Notes: generated by a model from the sequence alone, not told the origin. Shown: positions 10,588 to 20,425, counted from the first letter of the stretch. The stretch is 64,000 bases of DNA from Candidatus Multivoradales bacterium (GCA_965248925.1 CBDFLE010000006.1:4992001-5056000), one strand, 5' to 3'. Numbers and translations: made by a program.

Positions 10588-11156
10588 GCCTCAAAGAGGT
10601 TCTACGATATTTAGCCTTCGAGTTGCAGGGTGTGGCGTGGGCTTTGGTCGGCGGCATTTCTATTTCCGTCCGCATCGAACCTAGATTCACTCGAGACATC
10701 GATCTGGCTATTGCCACCCTTGACGATGCCGGAGCCGAATCGCTGGTCAACCGGTTCCTTCACCAGGGCTTCAGCGTCCACATGCTCCTCGAGCAGGAGA
10801 CGACCGGAAGGATGGCCACCGTTCGTCTCCACACGCCCATGGCTGAAGATGGCCCGCTCGTTGACCTGCTCTTCGCCTCGTCTGGGATTGAGCCAGAGGT
10901 AGTCGCAGAGGCGGAGCCTGTCGAGATAGCGTCAGGACTCATTGTCCCGGTAGCCCAACTGGGTCATCTGCTGGCGATGAAGATCCTGGCTCGGGACGAC
11001 CAGCAGCGGCCGCAAGATCTTGTAGACATCCGGGACATCTTGGCCGTTGCCCCGCCGGAGGAGTTCGAACGAGCGAGGGATGCTCTGCGATTGATCGCCA
11101 AACGAGGCTATCAACGCGACAAGGATCTATTGAAAGAACTCGCAGACTTCGAGTAG
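10584..11156 (+). CDS. MenT1 (Rv0078A)-like nucleotidyltransferase toxin
   Basis: WALVGG, EPRFTRDID, VDLLFASSGIEPE, HLLAMKILARDD..RPQD. Confidence 0.85.
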   Translation: MSLKEVLRYLAFELQGVAWALVGGISISVRIEPRFTRDIDLAIATLDDAGAESLVNRFLHQGFSVHMLLEQETTGRMATVRLHTPMAEDGPLVDLLFASSGIEPEVVAEAEPVEIASGLIVPVAQLGHLLAMKILARDDQQRPQDLVDIRDILAVAPPEEFERARDALRLIAKRGYQRDKDLLKELADFE

Positions 11157-11319
11157 ACAGAGTTTGGGCGGTGCTCGCTGGGGTGCCCCTCGGGTTGCTG
11201 TTTCCTTGCTGCCGAGAAGTGACTAGCACCGAGCAGAGGCGGCGGGCTTGCCCGAGTTTCGCGGGGTTGCCAGGCCCTCGGCTGTAGCGCGCTTCCACTA
11301 CGACGAGAGCTTTTCTGGT

Positions 11320-11502
11320 TCAGGCGGATCGCACGGATGACTGGAACCTGGCCTTTCTTGGCCGCGGATCTACAAGCTCCCTGTCGCCGCACTCTTCCTT
11401 CAGGCGGAGATCTTCAGTGATCGCCTGCAAGTCATGATCGAAGCGCTTCGAGTAGGCATCTCGAATCGCTCGAACCTCCTCGACGACTGGATCGCGCCAC
11501 AT
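11320..11502 (-). CDS. small protein downstream of PIN toxin (probable antitoxin)
   Basis: MWRDPVVEEVRAIRDAY...FDHDL.AI..DLR, a typical partner of this PIN subfamily; GGAGGAG RBS. Confidence 0.7.
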   Translation of the reverse strand: MWRDPVVEEVRAIRDAYSKRFDHDLQAITEDLRLKEECGDRELVDPRPRKARFQSSVRSA

Positions 11503-11504
11503 AA

Positions 11505-11975
11505 CTACTCCTCCATTAGCTCTATAGGTGTACAGATCACCGGCGGTTCGTAGCCGCCTGTTCGACACACCGCCTCGATTCCGTATCGGGTGGCTGCGTT
11601 GGCAATGTGTTTGCAGTTCCACGTCAGCAGGTAGTCAACACCGCCGACAACCGAGATAGCTATGTGCAGAGCGTCCGCTGTCGCTTTGTCTGGTAGCGGC
11701 ACCCCTGCCACCAACCGGCCGGCCAGTGCTGTTGCCTCCTCAGAGGTCCTTAGACTGGGTACACCCACCATGGCTCCCAGACGCTCCTTCGCAGCCTGTG
11801 GATCGCCACCGCTAGACTCTTCGATCACCAGTTGTGAGATTAGGAGATCGAAGCGGTCCCGTGTTTGCCACCATTCTCTGGTGATCTGCTGCTGGGCTGC
11901 CTTGATGAGATCGCGGCTTGGTCGGGCGGTAAGGTAGCTCGGGATCGTCGTTTCGATGTAGACCTTGAGCTTCAT
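11505..11975 (-). CDS. PIN-domain (VapC-like) protein
   Basis: KVYIETTIPSYL, DALHIA, DYLLTWNCKHIAN, PVICTP.EL. Confidence 0.9.
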   Translation of the reverse strand: MKLKVYIETTIPSYLTARPSRDLIKAAQQQITREWWQTRDRFDLLISQLVIEESSGGDPQAAKERLGAMVGVPSLRTSEEATALAGRLVAGVPLPDKATADALHIAISVVGGVDYLLTWNCKHIANAATRYGIEAVCRTGGYEPPVICTPIELMEE

Positions 11976-12194
11976 GGCGTGGTTCTCGGCGGTTCTCGAC
12001 GCCAGCCACCTGGCGAAGACTCTCCAAGACATGATATCGCACCATCAGGAGTCACCGGGCCATTGCCGGGCATGGCGAACTGATGGCCGCCGATCGCTCA
12101 GCCTGCGAAGACCTCGTCTAGCGTCGAAGTATTGGTTCAGCCGCAGCGGGAGACTGCGGACCAGCAGCTATTAGAGGAAGCACCTCGCCCTCGT

Positions 12195-12315
12195 CCTCAC
12201 AAAATCTCCACCACCACCGCCCCCCGCACCTTCGCCATACAAGCCAGGCGGCAGGAGCCGGCTTCGAGATCGCAGATGTCTTCCAGAGTCTCGGCTTCGC
12301 CGTCGGTGGCTTCGG
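12195..12315 (-). repeat. 121-bp duplicate of the 3' end of the reductase-FHA-ferredoxin gene
   Basis: matches 14668-14788 with one mismatch seen (ttcgagat vs ttctagat); includes the TGA stop. Confidence 0.95.
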
Positions 12316-12326
12316 GGATCCGTCCC

Positions 12327-13671
12327 GAGTCCTGTAGAAATTGCAAGAATGGCGTAACCTCCAGTCAGACAATGACTTTGCCACATCGGCGAAAGGAGGC
12401 TACGCCATGCAGGAAGCTACCACGACCAGCGACCCGGCCCTCACGTTTCGTCGCGACCTGAACGCCTTGCTTCGGTCTAGGATCCGTGAAGCAATTCAAG
12501 TAGTACTTGAGGAAGAGCTCGAGGAGGCGCTGGGCTGCTGTCGCTATGACCGCAGCGATGCCCGCATGGGCTACCGCCACGGCAGTATCGAGCGATGCGT
12601 GACGACTGCCAGCGGCCCGCAGACGCTAGATGTCCCGCGGGGCCGGCTGGTTAACGAGAACGGCGAGGAAACGGAGTTTCGCAGCAAGATCCTGCCTCGC
12701 TACGGGCGTCGGAGTCGTGAAGTCGATGAAGCCATCTTGGAGACCTACCTGGCGGTTGCCAACAGCCGCCGAATCCGCAAAGCGCTGGCGCCGCTTCTGG
12801 GCGAGCAGCACTTGTCGAAGAGTGCGGTTTCTCGTGTGGTCGGTCGCCTGAAGACCCACTTCTCCGACTGGCAGACTCGTGATCTCAGCGACGATCACTA
12901 CTCGATCGTCTACTTGGATGGCATTCACCTGAAGGTCCGGCTGGCTCGTCGCGTCATTTCCGTACCGGTTCTCGCCGTGATGGGGTCGATGGCGACGGCC
13001 GTAAGATACTGGTATCGCTACAGTTGGCCGTCAGTGAGGCGTCGCTACATTGGAAAGGCGTCATCGAAGACCTGCTCCGTCGAGGACTACCGACGCCCGA
13101 GTTGGTGATCGCCGATGGTCATGGCGGACTCACCAAAGCCATCACCGCTTGGCCGGAGGCTCGCGTCCAACGCTGCACCCAGCACAAGTGGCGCAACCTA
13201 AGCGAGCACTGCCCGGCTCACGCCCGCGCCGAGCTCAAACGCGACTGGGATCGGATCGTCTACGCGAACAACGGCAACGCCGCCCGCAAAGCCTACGACT
13301 CTTTGCTTCGCAAGTGGTCCACCTTGGTGCCCAGCGTGGGGCGCAGCCTCGAGGAAGCTGGGCTCCAACTCCTGACCCTCTACGAGTTCCCCAAGTCGAT
13401 GTGGAAGTCGCTGCGTAGCACCAACGCTGTGGAGAACCTCAACCGCGAGTTCCGGCGACGCACCAAGACCCAGGGATCTTTCTCGACCGAAGCCGCAGCA
13501 GTGAACCTTCTCTGGGCTCTCGTCGCATTCGGTCAGATCACGCTGCGCCGCATCGCCGGGCATCGGGAAGTTCAACTTCTCACTGACCAGCAACGCCAGG
13601 CGGCAGCCTAGAAAGTACAATCAACGCTACAGCTGGAGGCTTGGCGCCAGATCTACTTTTCTACAGACTTC
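12327..13671 (+). mobile_element. IS256-family insertion sequence
   Basis: imperfect terminal IRs gagtcctgtagaaa...cctccag / ctggagg...tttctacagacttc around the transposase; no target duplication seen. Confidence 0.85.
12407..13611 (+). pseudogene. IS256 transposase, frameshifted near 12985
   Basis: AAGGAGG RBS; YLDG, ADGH.GL, QRC.QHK, STN.VENLNREFRRR; one G missing in ATGGGGTCGAT. Confidence 0.9.
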
Positions 13672-13719
13672 GGGACACATCCAGAATCTGGCGGGCGGGT
13701 ACTCCGGCGGCTTGAGTGT

Positions 13720-13914
13720 ATGTGCGAACAGGTCTCCGTTGACGAGATGCAAGATCTCGCGGGCTATGATCTGACGTTCGTGGAGTATCTTATGAAGTCG
13801 GCAATCAAGACGTGTATCGTAGGCGATCCGCGCCAAGCCACCTACCTGACGAATCGCTCACCGAAGAGTTCCAGGTATCGAAAGCTTGGACTTCTCCAGT
13901 GGGCGGAGGAGTGA
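13720..13914 (+). pseudogene. UvrD/GajB-like helicase fragment
   Basis: VDEMQDLAGYD (motif II) and IVGDPRQATY (motif III) only; no Walker A. Confidence 0.65.
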
Positions 13915-13968
13915 GTGAAAGCGGGGCACGCAGGAAAACGAACGTCAGTAGAAGGGAAAAGAGGAAAA

Positions 13969-14244
13969 GTGGCCGGCTATATATTCGAGTGGGACGCGGT
14001 AAAGGCCGCGCGGAACAGGCGGAAGCACCGGGTCACGTTCGATGAGGCCACGACGGTCTTCGCCGATCCGCTGAGCATGCTTCGGGCCGATCCCGACCAT
14101 TCTCACACCGAGCAACGGTTCATTGTACTTGGTATGTCAAGTCAGCACCGGTTGCTTGTGGTAGCCTTCCTTGAACGATCTCCTCGCACCCGCCTGATTA
14201 CCGCAAGGCGGGCGACGCGGAAGGAGCGGCGGCAGTATGAATAG
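13969..14244 (+). CDS. brnT: BrnT-family toxin
   Basis: FEWD..KA..N..KH.VTF.EA..VF.DP...E.RF..LG...RLITARRAT..ER..Y. Confidence 0.9.
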   Translation: MAGYIFEWDAVKAARNRRKHRVTFDEATTVFADPLSMLRADPDHSHTEQRFIVLGMSSQHRLLVVAFLERSPRTRLITARRATRKERRQYE

Positions 14245-14458
14245 AAAATCTAGCGGTCGTACGAGCCCAGCTGACCGTGACACCATGCGCCCCGAGTATG
14301 ACTTCTCGGGCGCGAAGCGCGGCGTCACTGCGGCCCGGTATGCCGAGGGCACAAACGTCGTCGTGATCGACCCCGAGGTTCTCGATGTGTTCCCTGACAG
14401 CAAGACCGTGAATGCGGCTCTTCGGGCATTGGCACCAGTGATCCGCAGGCAGGGCTAG
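14237..14458 (+). CDS. BrnA-like antitoxin
   Basis: MRPEYDFSGAKRG...V.IDPEV...F.....VN.ALR; overlaps brnT. Confidence 0.85.
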   Translation: MNRKSSGRTSPADRDTMRPEYDFSGAKRGVTAARYAEGTNVVVIDPEVLDVFPDSKTVNAALRALAPVIRRQG

Positions 14459-14669
14459 CCGGGACCAAGGCGTAGCGCCAAGCCGTCGGATGCAGCGGCC
14501 TGGCCTGCGACCGGTCGACTATCGAGCAGGCCGCTCCGGCTTCACCGACTACCTGATCGGACAGCAGAATGCTGGGGCAAGTACTCGACTGTAACCCATG
14601 CGCCAGGGCCTCCCGCCGCCAACGGCTCTGCGGCCAAGCCCTTTCTGGTCAGTGCCGACCGCTCCACCC

Positions 14670-16922
14670 TCACAAAATCTCCACCACCACCGCCCCCCGC
14701 ACCTTCGCCATACAAGCCAGGCGGCAGGAGCCGGCTTCTAGATCGCAGATGTCTTCCAGAGTCTCGGCTTCGCCGTCGGTGGCTTCGGCGGCCAGGTTTT
14801 CTTGGCCGCTGAGGATGCGGATGGGGTCGCTGCCGCAGATGCCGGCGTGGCATTCGGCGGAGATCTTGATGCCGTTGGCTTCGGCGATCTCGCAGATGGT
14901 CTGGCCGGGCTCGGCGGCGCAAATTTGGCCGCTGGGTTGGAAAGTGACCGAGGGGCCATCGCTGGTGACGGCTGGCGGAGTTGCTGGCAGGGGCTGGATG
15001 GCGGTGACGTGCTTGGCCGGGCCTTGCTCGCTATCGTGGACGGTGTCGCGATTGGTGGTGAAAAGGAACTTCTGGCTGCCGGCGCGGAAGCGGTCACCCT
15101 CTTGCAGGTGGACGGCGTTGCGCACTCGCAGGAAGGTGCCGTTGACGCTTTTCAGGTCTTTGGCCAGCAGCTGGCCGCCGCTGACGGTCAACGCTAGCTG
15201 GCGGCGGGAGAGGGTGCCGTCGTCGGCGTCGAGCACGAAGTCGGGGGCGCGGCGGCCGAGCACGCTGGTGCCGGGGCGTAGGATGTGTTGGCCGAGTTCG
15301 CGGCCGCTGGAGTCGTAGTGGGTGAAGGCCCAGCTGTCGCCACTGCCGGCGAAGAGCAAGAATTGCCGGCCGGCGCGTAGCAGGTCACCGTTCGACAGGG
15401 TGATCTTGCGCTGGCTCGGCAGGTAGAGGAAGAGGCCGCTGTCGGAACCGTCGTCGCGCAGCATGCAGCCTTCTTCGGTGTGAGTGACCGAGGCGTGGCG
15501 CGGAGCTAGCAGGGTGTCGGTGGGGAAGTCTAGATCGCAGCCTGAGCGACCGATGGTGCAAACGTCGTGCGGCTCGATGCCGTGTTCGGATCCTTCGACG
15601 CCGCCGGGCAGGAGGCGGATCAGCCAGGCGACGGCGCTGCTCGGCCGGCGGTCGCGCTCGAGGCTGGCCGGCGGCGGGCCTGACGATGCCTCGGGGGCGA
15701 GGGAGGGCAGGGCGGCGAGGTCGTATTCGGGCTCTTCGGCGTCTTCTAGCGTGACTTCGATGTCGGTTTTGCCAGCCAGGCGTTGGGCCACCACTTCGGC
15801 GACGAAGACGCCGTCGCGCAGCGCCGATTTGATGTTGCCACGGTGTTTGACCTCGCGGAAATCAGCCGGGTCGGCGGCGAAATCCTCGGTTTCGAAATAT
15901 GCTTGGCTGAGCATGTCACCAATCAGATAGACGTTGGCTTGCTCGCTCTCGAGCAGGCGGTTGACCACCATGCGCCGGCGGTTGCGGGGGCCGCCCTGCG
16001 CCATGTGGATGCCGAGTTCGGCGAGCAGCTTTTCCGGGATGTCTTCGCCGATGCAAGCGATGCAGCTCTCTTTGGCAAGTTCGAGATGGACGCTCTCCGC
16101 CGGCCGATCGGCCATCTGGCGTCGGTCGATACGAATCGACAAATAGTCGCGGCGATCTTCGCCGGTGACCACCGCGGTGGGTTCGCTGCGCGGGTAGTAG
16201 CGGATGTTGCCGTTGCCGATGTAAGCCTCGAAGAAAACCTCGGCCAATGCCTTCGAGACTCGTGGCATGCGGTCGCCGCGGTAGCTCCAATAGACCGAGG
16301 TCTTGTCGTCGGCGGCGAATTTGGCTTGGGAGATGGCGATGACCGATTCGGCGGCTGAAGTACCGCCGCCGATCACGCAGGCGGGCTGGCCAACAAAGCG
16401 CTGGGGATCGTCGAGGCGGAAGGCGATGCCATCGGTGTTGCCCGGAATGTCGAAGCGGCGGGGCACGCCGCGGCCGATGGCCAACACCAGGTGGCGGGTC
16501 AACAGGGAGACCTCGCGGCGCTCGCCGTGGTGCCAGGCGATGACTCGCAGCAGACCGTCGTCGCGGCGCTCGAGGCCGGTGAGTTCGAGGCCGATCTGGC
16601 GCGGAACTTGGTGGCGCTGGTAGGAGGCTTTCCACTCGACGCACATATCGTCTTTGTCGATCGGCGCAAAACACAGGCAGTCGATCAGTTCACCCGCCTT
16701 GGGGAAGCACATGGCGTCGCCACCACCGAAACTGGGCAGGATCAGCTTGTCTTTGGAGTAATCGCGGATACGCTTCATCAAGTCGTCGAATTCGATCACC
16801 ATCGCGTCGAGGCCGAGTTCCTTGGCGCGGAAGGCGGCGGCGGTGCCTCCAGGGCCGCCACCGACGATCAGCAGATCGTGTACCGCTGGCTGCGGTGGGT
16901 CGCTGTTCGGGGTCTCAGTCAT
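14670..16922 (-). CDS. TrxR-like FAD/NAD(P)H oxidoreductase fused to two FHA domains and a [2Fe-2S] ferredoxin
   Basis: IVGGGPGG, LAIGR.G, VIGGGTSA+SYR, YLIGD; FHA motifs IGRS...LAPRHA and LGRR...LSRRQ...SVNGT; CHAGICGSD...RLAC. Confidence 0.85.
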   Translation of the reverse strand: MTETPNSDPPQPAVHDLLIVGGGPGGTAAAFRAKELGLDAMVIEFDDLMKRIRDYSKDKLILPSFGGGDAMCFPKAGELIDCLCFAPIDKDDMCVEWKASYQRHQVPRQIGLELTGLERRDDGLLRVIAWHHGERREVSLLTRHLVLAIGRGVPRRFDIPGNTDGIAFRLDDPQRFVGQPACVIGGGTSAAESVIAISQAKFAADDKTSVYWSYRGDRMPRVSKALAEVFFEAYIGNGNIRYYPRSEPTAVVTGEDRRDYLSIRIDRRQMADRPAESVHLELAKESCIACIGEDIPEKLLAELGIHMAQGGPRNRRRMVVNRLLESEQANVYLIGDMLSQAYFETEDFAADPADFREVKHRGNIKSALRDGVFVAEVVAQRLAGKTDIEVTLEDAEEPEYDLAALPSLAPEASSGPPPASLERDRRPSSAVAWLIRLLPGGVEGSEHGIEPHDVCTIGRSGCDLDFPTDTLLAPRHASVTHTEEGCMLRDDGSDSGLFLYLPSQRKITLSNGDLLRAGRQFLLFAGSGDSWAFTHYDSSGRELGQHILRPGTSVLGRRAPDFVLDADDGTLSRRQLALTVSGGQLLAKDLKSVNGTFLRVRNAVHLQEGDRFRAGSQKFLFTTNRDTVHDSEQGPAKHVTAIQPLPATPPAVTSDGPSVTFQPSGQICAAEPGQTICEIAEANGIKISAECHAGICGSDPIRILSGQENLAAEATDGEAETLEDICDLEAGSCRLACMAKVRGAVVVEIL

Positions 16923-17938
16923 CGCTCACTGCCTCCGCTACTGGCTGGGTCTTTCTCGGCTAGGTCCTTCTCGGTCGGATCGGCCTCGATCCAAATCAGC
17001 CGAGCTTCGAGTTCGCCGAAGTGGATCTCGCTGCCGACCTCTACCACGGTGGGTTGGTCGATCGCCTGGCCGGCGACAAAAGTCTTGTTCTGACTTCCCA
17101 GGTCGCTCACCGTCACCTGCTCGCCCTGGCGGTGGAGGACGGCGTGGCGGCGCGATAGGGAAGGACTGTCGAGCTGGATCTGTGCCTTACGGCCGCGGCC
17201 GAGCAGATTGTCGCCCGGCTCCAAGATGAACCTCTGGCGGCTGCTGTCAGCGGTTTGAATCTCCAGAGCGGGGACCCGTGTCGGGGGTTCTTCGGCAGGG
17301 GAGTCGCTGCTGGCGAGGCCCTCGCTGAACAGCTCGTCGAGCCCTTTCTTGGGTTTGGCAAAGGGCGAAGTCGGCGGGTCGGTCGGCCCTGTGGATGGCT
17401 CTGTGGTCGGTTCTGTGGATGGCGCCGTGGCCGGGGCGCCTAGGTTCTGTGGTATCTGGAAGGGGAGCTGTTCAATGCGGGTGCCTTCCTGGTCAACCGG
17501 CTTCTTGGGCAGCGGGATCATGCTGGGAACTTGCAGCGGCTGCTGCTCGATCTGGGTGACCCCGAGAGGGTCGCTGGGGGCGGTGCCCGCAGTGGGCTCG
17601 ACCACGTCGGCTCGGGCGCTCGCCGGGGCGCTGGTGGGTTGCAGGTCTTGGAAGACGAAATCGAGTTCCTTGGCCAGGGTGATGACATGCAAGTGACCGA
17701 GGCGTTCGGCCCTTTGCACCCGCAGACCGTCGAGTTCGGTGCCGTTCAGGCTGTCGAGGTCTTCGAGGCGGTAGCAGCCGTTGTCGCTGTCCCACTTCAG
17801 GCGCGCGTGGTGGTTCGAAATCAGGCCGCTGTCGAGCGCTATTTCGTTGTCCGCGGAGCGGCCAATACGAGCTTCGCTGGCGATTTCGAACGAGGCTCCG
17901 GCGTGTTCACCCACTTTGCAGAACAGCCTGGCACGCAT
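16919..17938 (-). CDS. double FHA-domain protein with Pro/Thr-rich linker
   Basis: IGRSADN...ISNHHA...SLNGT and LGRG...LSRRHA...SQNKT; start placed at MRARLF. Confidence 0.9.
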   Translation of the reverse strand: MRARLFCKVGEHAGASFEIASEARIGRSADNEIALDSGLISNHHARLKWDSDNGCYRLEDLDSLNGTELDGLRVQRAERLGHLHVITLAKELDFVFQDLQPTSAPASARADVVEPTAGTAPSDPLGVTQIEQQPLQVPSMIPLPKKPVDQEGTRIEQLPFQIPQNLGAPATAPSTEPTTEPSTGPTDPPTSPFAKPKKGLDELFSEGLASSDSPAEEPPTRVPALEIQTADSSRQRFILEPGDNLLGRGRKAQIQLDSPSLSRRHAVLHRQGEQVTVSDLGSQNKTFVAGQAIDQPTVVEVGSEIHFGELEARLIWIEADPTEKDLAEKDPASSGGSER

Positions 17939-17967
17939 GATTCTTGGGCCCCTCTCAGATTTTCGTT

Positions 17968-19542
17968 TCAGTCCAGATAGAGCAGCAGGTCGGCGTGGTG
18001 GCTCTTGTCCGGGTGGAAACTGTGGCAAGTGATGCAGCTATCAGACGCCAGCCGCGGATTGTGACACTGCTGACAGGTCTCGATCGGTGGCAGGTTGTGC
18101 ACCGATGCCAGATCGCCGCTGGTGTCGACCTCGCTGTCGGCCAAAGCAGCGGCGATGGGAATCTGCGAGTGGCAGTCCAGGCAGCGCAATTCGAGGATGT
18201 GGGCGCCGTGGTTGAATTCGGCGCGGCGCAGGGTCTGCTGGTTCTTTTGTACCCGCACCAGAGTGCCGTCCCGCAGCTGGTGGCACTGCTGGCAGGGCTG
18301 GCTGATCTGGCCGATCAATTCTTCGATCTCCGCGGCTCGCTCGGCGCTGACCTCGTCGCGCCGCGCGCGGCTTTCGGCGAAGAGGAACTGACTCTCGTCG
18401 AGGGGGGTGAAGGGATCGCGCAAGGCTTGTCGCAAACTGCGCAGCTGGGCGTCGATCTGGCTCAGTTCTTGTTGGATCAGCGGTTCCGGGCGACCCCGCA
18501 GGACGAGGGCGAGCAGCTCCAGATTGTCGATCGCTTCCTGATAGAGCTCGCCGAGTTGGTGCGGTGCCACGTCGGCGGTGGTGGTCAGCAGGTCGGCGAG
18601 TTCGGAGCTTTGCCACAGTTGGTCGCGCAAGTGGCGCAGGTTGGTCAGGATCCATGGGTCGCGGTGGTGGATGACTTTCTTGATCACCCGCGAGCCCACC
18701 TCTTGGAATTCGGCCGCGCTGGTGTAGTCGGCCCAGCGACTGGCCGGGTCGTGGCGCTGGCGGATCATCGCCAAGGTTTCGACTCCTGGAGGCTGATCTT
18801 CGGCGCGGCCGATCGGCAGGCGAGGGGTCCGTACCGCGGTATCCAGATGGCAAGCATCGCAGCTGCGATCGAAGTCGATCGGTGCGAAGTTCTTACCGTC
18901 GGCGAGGGGCTGGTGGCAAGCCAGACAGCTGCGTTCGACATCGATCCATCCCTGGCGTTCGCTGATCTCTCGCACATGGCGGATATGGCCAAAGCTCAGT
19001 CCAGCGCCGTCGGGGATGTTGTCGGCGATGACATCGAATTGGGGGTGCTGGTCGCCGAACGAGCCGAATTGGTGGCAGTCGAGGCAGCGCGAGTCGGCCA
19101 CCTGAGTGATGTTGGCGTCGCGACCCCGATGCTCGGGATGGCAAGCGGCGCAGGGGCTTTCACCGTCGCGACTCTCGAGACGCTGGAAGTCGTTTGAACG
19201 GTAGAGGTAGTGAGCCGAGAAAGTGTAGATGCCGAGCTCGTCGCCGGTTTTTTCGTGGCAGCTGGAACATGCCTGGTTGGTGACCCGTGAATCCTGGTGG
19301 CAGGCGGCGCAGTCGTTTTCCAACACCGCATGATTCGACGATAGGGGGCCACTGGAGACGAATTTTGCCTGACCCAAGAAGAAGTCGGTTGCCGCCCACG
19401 CGAGCAGCGCGACCGCCAGCAGAGCACCCAGCCATAGCAATTTGGATGTCGAGGCCAGTCGCGGGTAGCGAGTGGCCACCGGCAGCCGGGCCTTGCCGAA
19501 AGTGCCTTTGCGCCCGCGTTGATTGTTGGAATCACTCATCAC
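17968..19542 (-). CDS. membrane-anchored decaheme c-type cytochrome
   Basis: 10 CXXCH; N-terminal TM anchor; c3/c7-like F.H..H distal-His motifs. Confidence 0.9.
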   Translation of the reverse strand: MMSDSNNQRGRKGTFGKARLPVATRYPRLASTSKLLWLGALLAVALLAWAATDFFLGQAKFVSSGPLSSNHAVLENDCAACHQDSRVTNQACSSCHEKTGDELGIYTFSAHYLYRSNDFQRLESRDGESPCAACHPEHRGRDANITQVADSRCLDCHQFGSFGDQHPQFDVIADNIPDGAGLSFGHIRHVREISERQGWIDVERSCLACHQPLADGKNFAPIDFDRSCDACHLDTAVRTPRLPIGRAEDQPPGVETLAMIRQRHDPASRWADYTSAAEFQEVGSRVIKKVIHHRDPWILTNLRHLRDQLWQSSELADLLTTTADVAPHQLGELYQEAIDNLELLALVLRGRPEPLIQQELSQIDAQLRSLRQALRDPFTPLDESQFLFAESRARRDEVSAERAAEIEELIGQISQPCQQCHQLRDGTLVRVQKNQQTLRRAEFNHGAHILELRCLDCHSQIPIAAALADSEVDTSGDLASVHNLPPIETCQQCHNPRLASDSCITCHSFHPDKSHHADLLLYLD

Positions 19543-19573
19543 TCATCTTTCGCTCATCAGTAGAGCACTACCC

Positions 19574-20425
19574 TCAGTAGAGCACCACCATCGCAATGTG
19601 CAGAACGATCAACGCCAACACCGCCAGGGAAATCGGCACATGCAGGTAGAGCCAGACACGCAGCACTGGTTGCAGAGTGTAGTGGGCGTCGATCTCGAGT
19701 TTAGCGCGGTAGAGGTGTTCGAGTTCTGCCAGGCGTTGACGCTCTTCACCGGCCAGGAAGCGCGCCAGGTATTCGAACTCCTTGAGCTTGTTGTTGAGAC
19801 CGCCGGTGATGTCGACAAAGTAGGCCAGCCGGCGCCGCGGCTGGCTCAGGGTGGCGGCGACCTGGTGTTCGTAGAGCCGCCGCACCGGCTCGCTAGCCGC
19901 CACCGCCAGAGCCTCGGCCTGGCGGCGAATATCTTCGGTGAGTTCGGGAATGCGCTGGTAGTTGATCTCGGTCCACAGGCCAGAGGACAGCACTTTGGGA
20001 ATCCACCGCTGCAGCACGACGCCTACCAGTCCGCTGAGAACGGTCCACAAGCTCAGCCCCCACAGCCAGAGATTGAGAGCGCCGGTGGGCAGACGGAAAG
20101 CGCTGTGCATCAGCAACAGCAGGGCGAAGAGCAGACCGCCGTAAAGGTGAAAATCCAGCCAAGCACGGGCGCTGCCCAGCCGCCGTCGCGACACCCAGCG
20201 CATCAGCCGCCGGCGAGCGCCATAGAGCGCCACCCCGAGGCAGAGCAGGGCAGCGGCGATACCCCAGCCGATACCCCAGGCATTGCCCGGACGCACTTCA
20301 CCGAAGCCAAGCTGCCACAGGTAACTCAGCACGCAGAGCAAGGAGACCACGCCGAAGGTGAGTAGCGAATTCCGCGATCCGCCCAAGCCGTAGCGCTGGC
20401 CAAGTCGCCGCGGAACTTTGTTCAT
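19574..20425 (-). CDS. integral membrane protein, probable di-heme cytochrome b / ferric-reductase-like
   Basis: ~7 TM helices; His in WLDFHLY, LMHS, WLYLHVP, VLHI; ATGA overlap with the upstream gene. Confidence 0.7.
   Translation of the reverse strand: MNKVPRRLGQRYGLGGSRNSLLTFGVVSLLCVLSYLWQLGFGEVRPGNAWGIGWGIAAALLCLGVALYGARRRLMRWVSRRRLGSARAWLDFHLYGGLLFALLLLMHSAFRLPTGALNLWLWGLSLWTVLSGLVGVVLQRWIPKVLSSGLWTEINYQRIPELTEDIRRQAEALAVAASEPVRRLYEHQVAATLSQPRRRLAYFVDITGGLNNKLKEFEYLARFLAGEERQRLAELEHLYRAKLEIDAHYTLQPVLRVWLYLHVPISLAVLALIVLHIAMVVLY

Noticed and set aside
11200-11320. Possible degenerate attC sites after TA genes (also 14470-14560)
   Set aside because: GC-rich hairpin potential only; I could not identify paired RYYYAAC/GTTRRRY boxes
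12975-12995. Programmed frameshift in the IS256 transposase
   Set aside because: IS256 transposases are normally single ORFs and there is no slippery heptamer; a 1-bp loss in a G run (mutation or sequencing error) explains it
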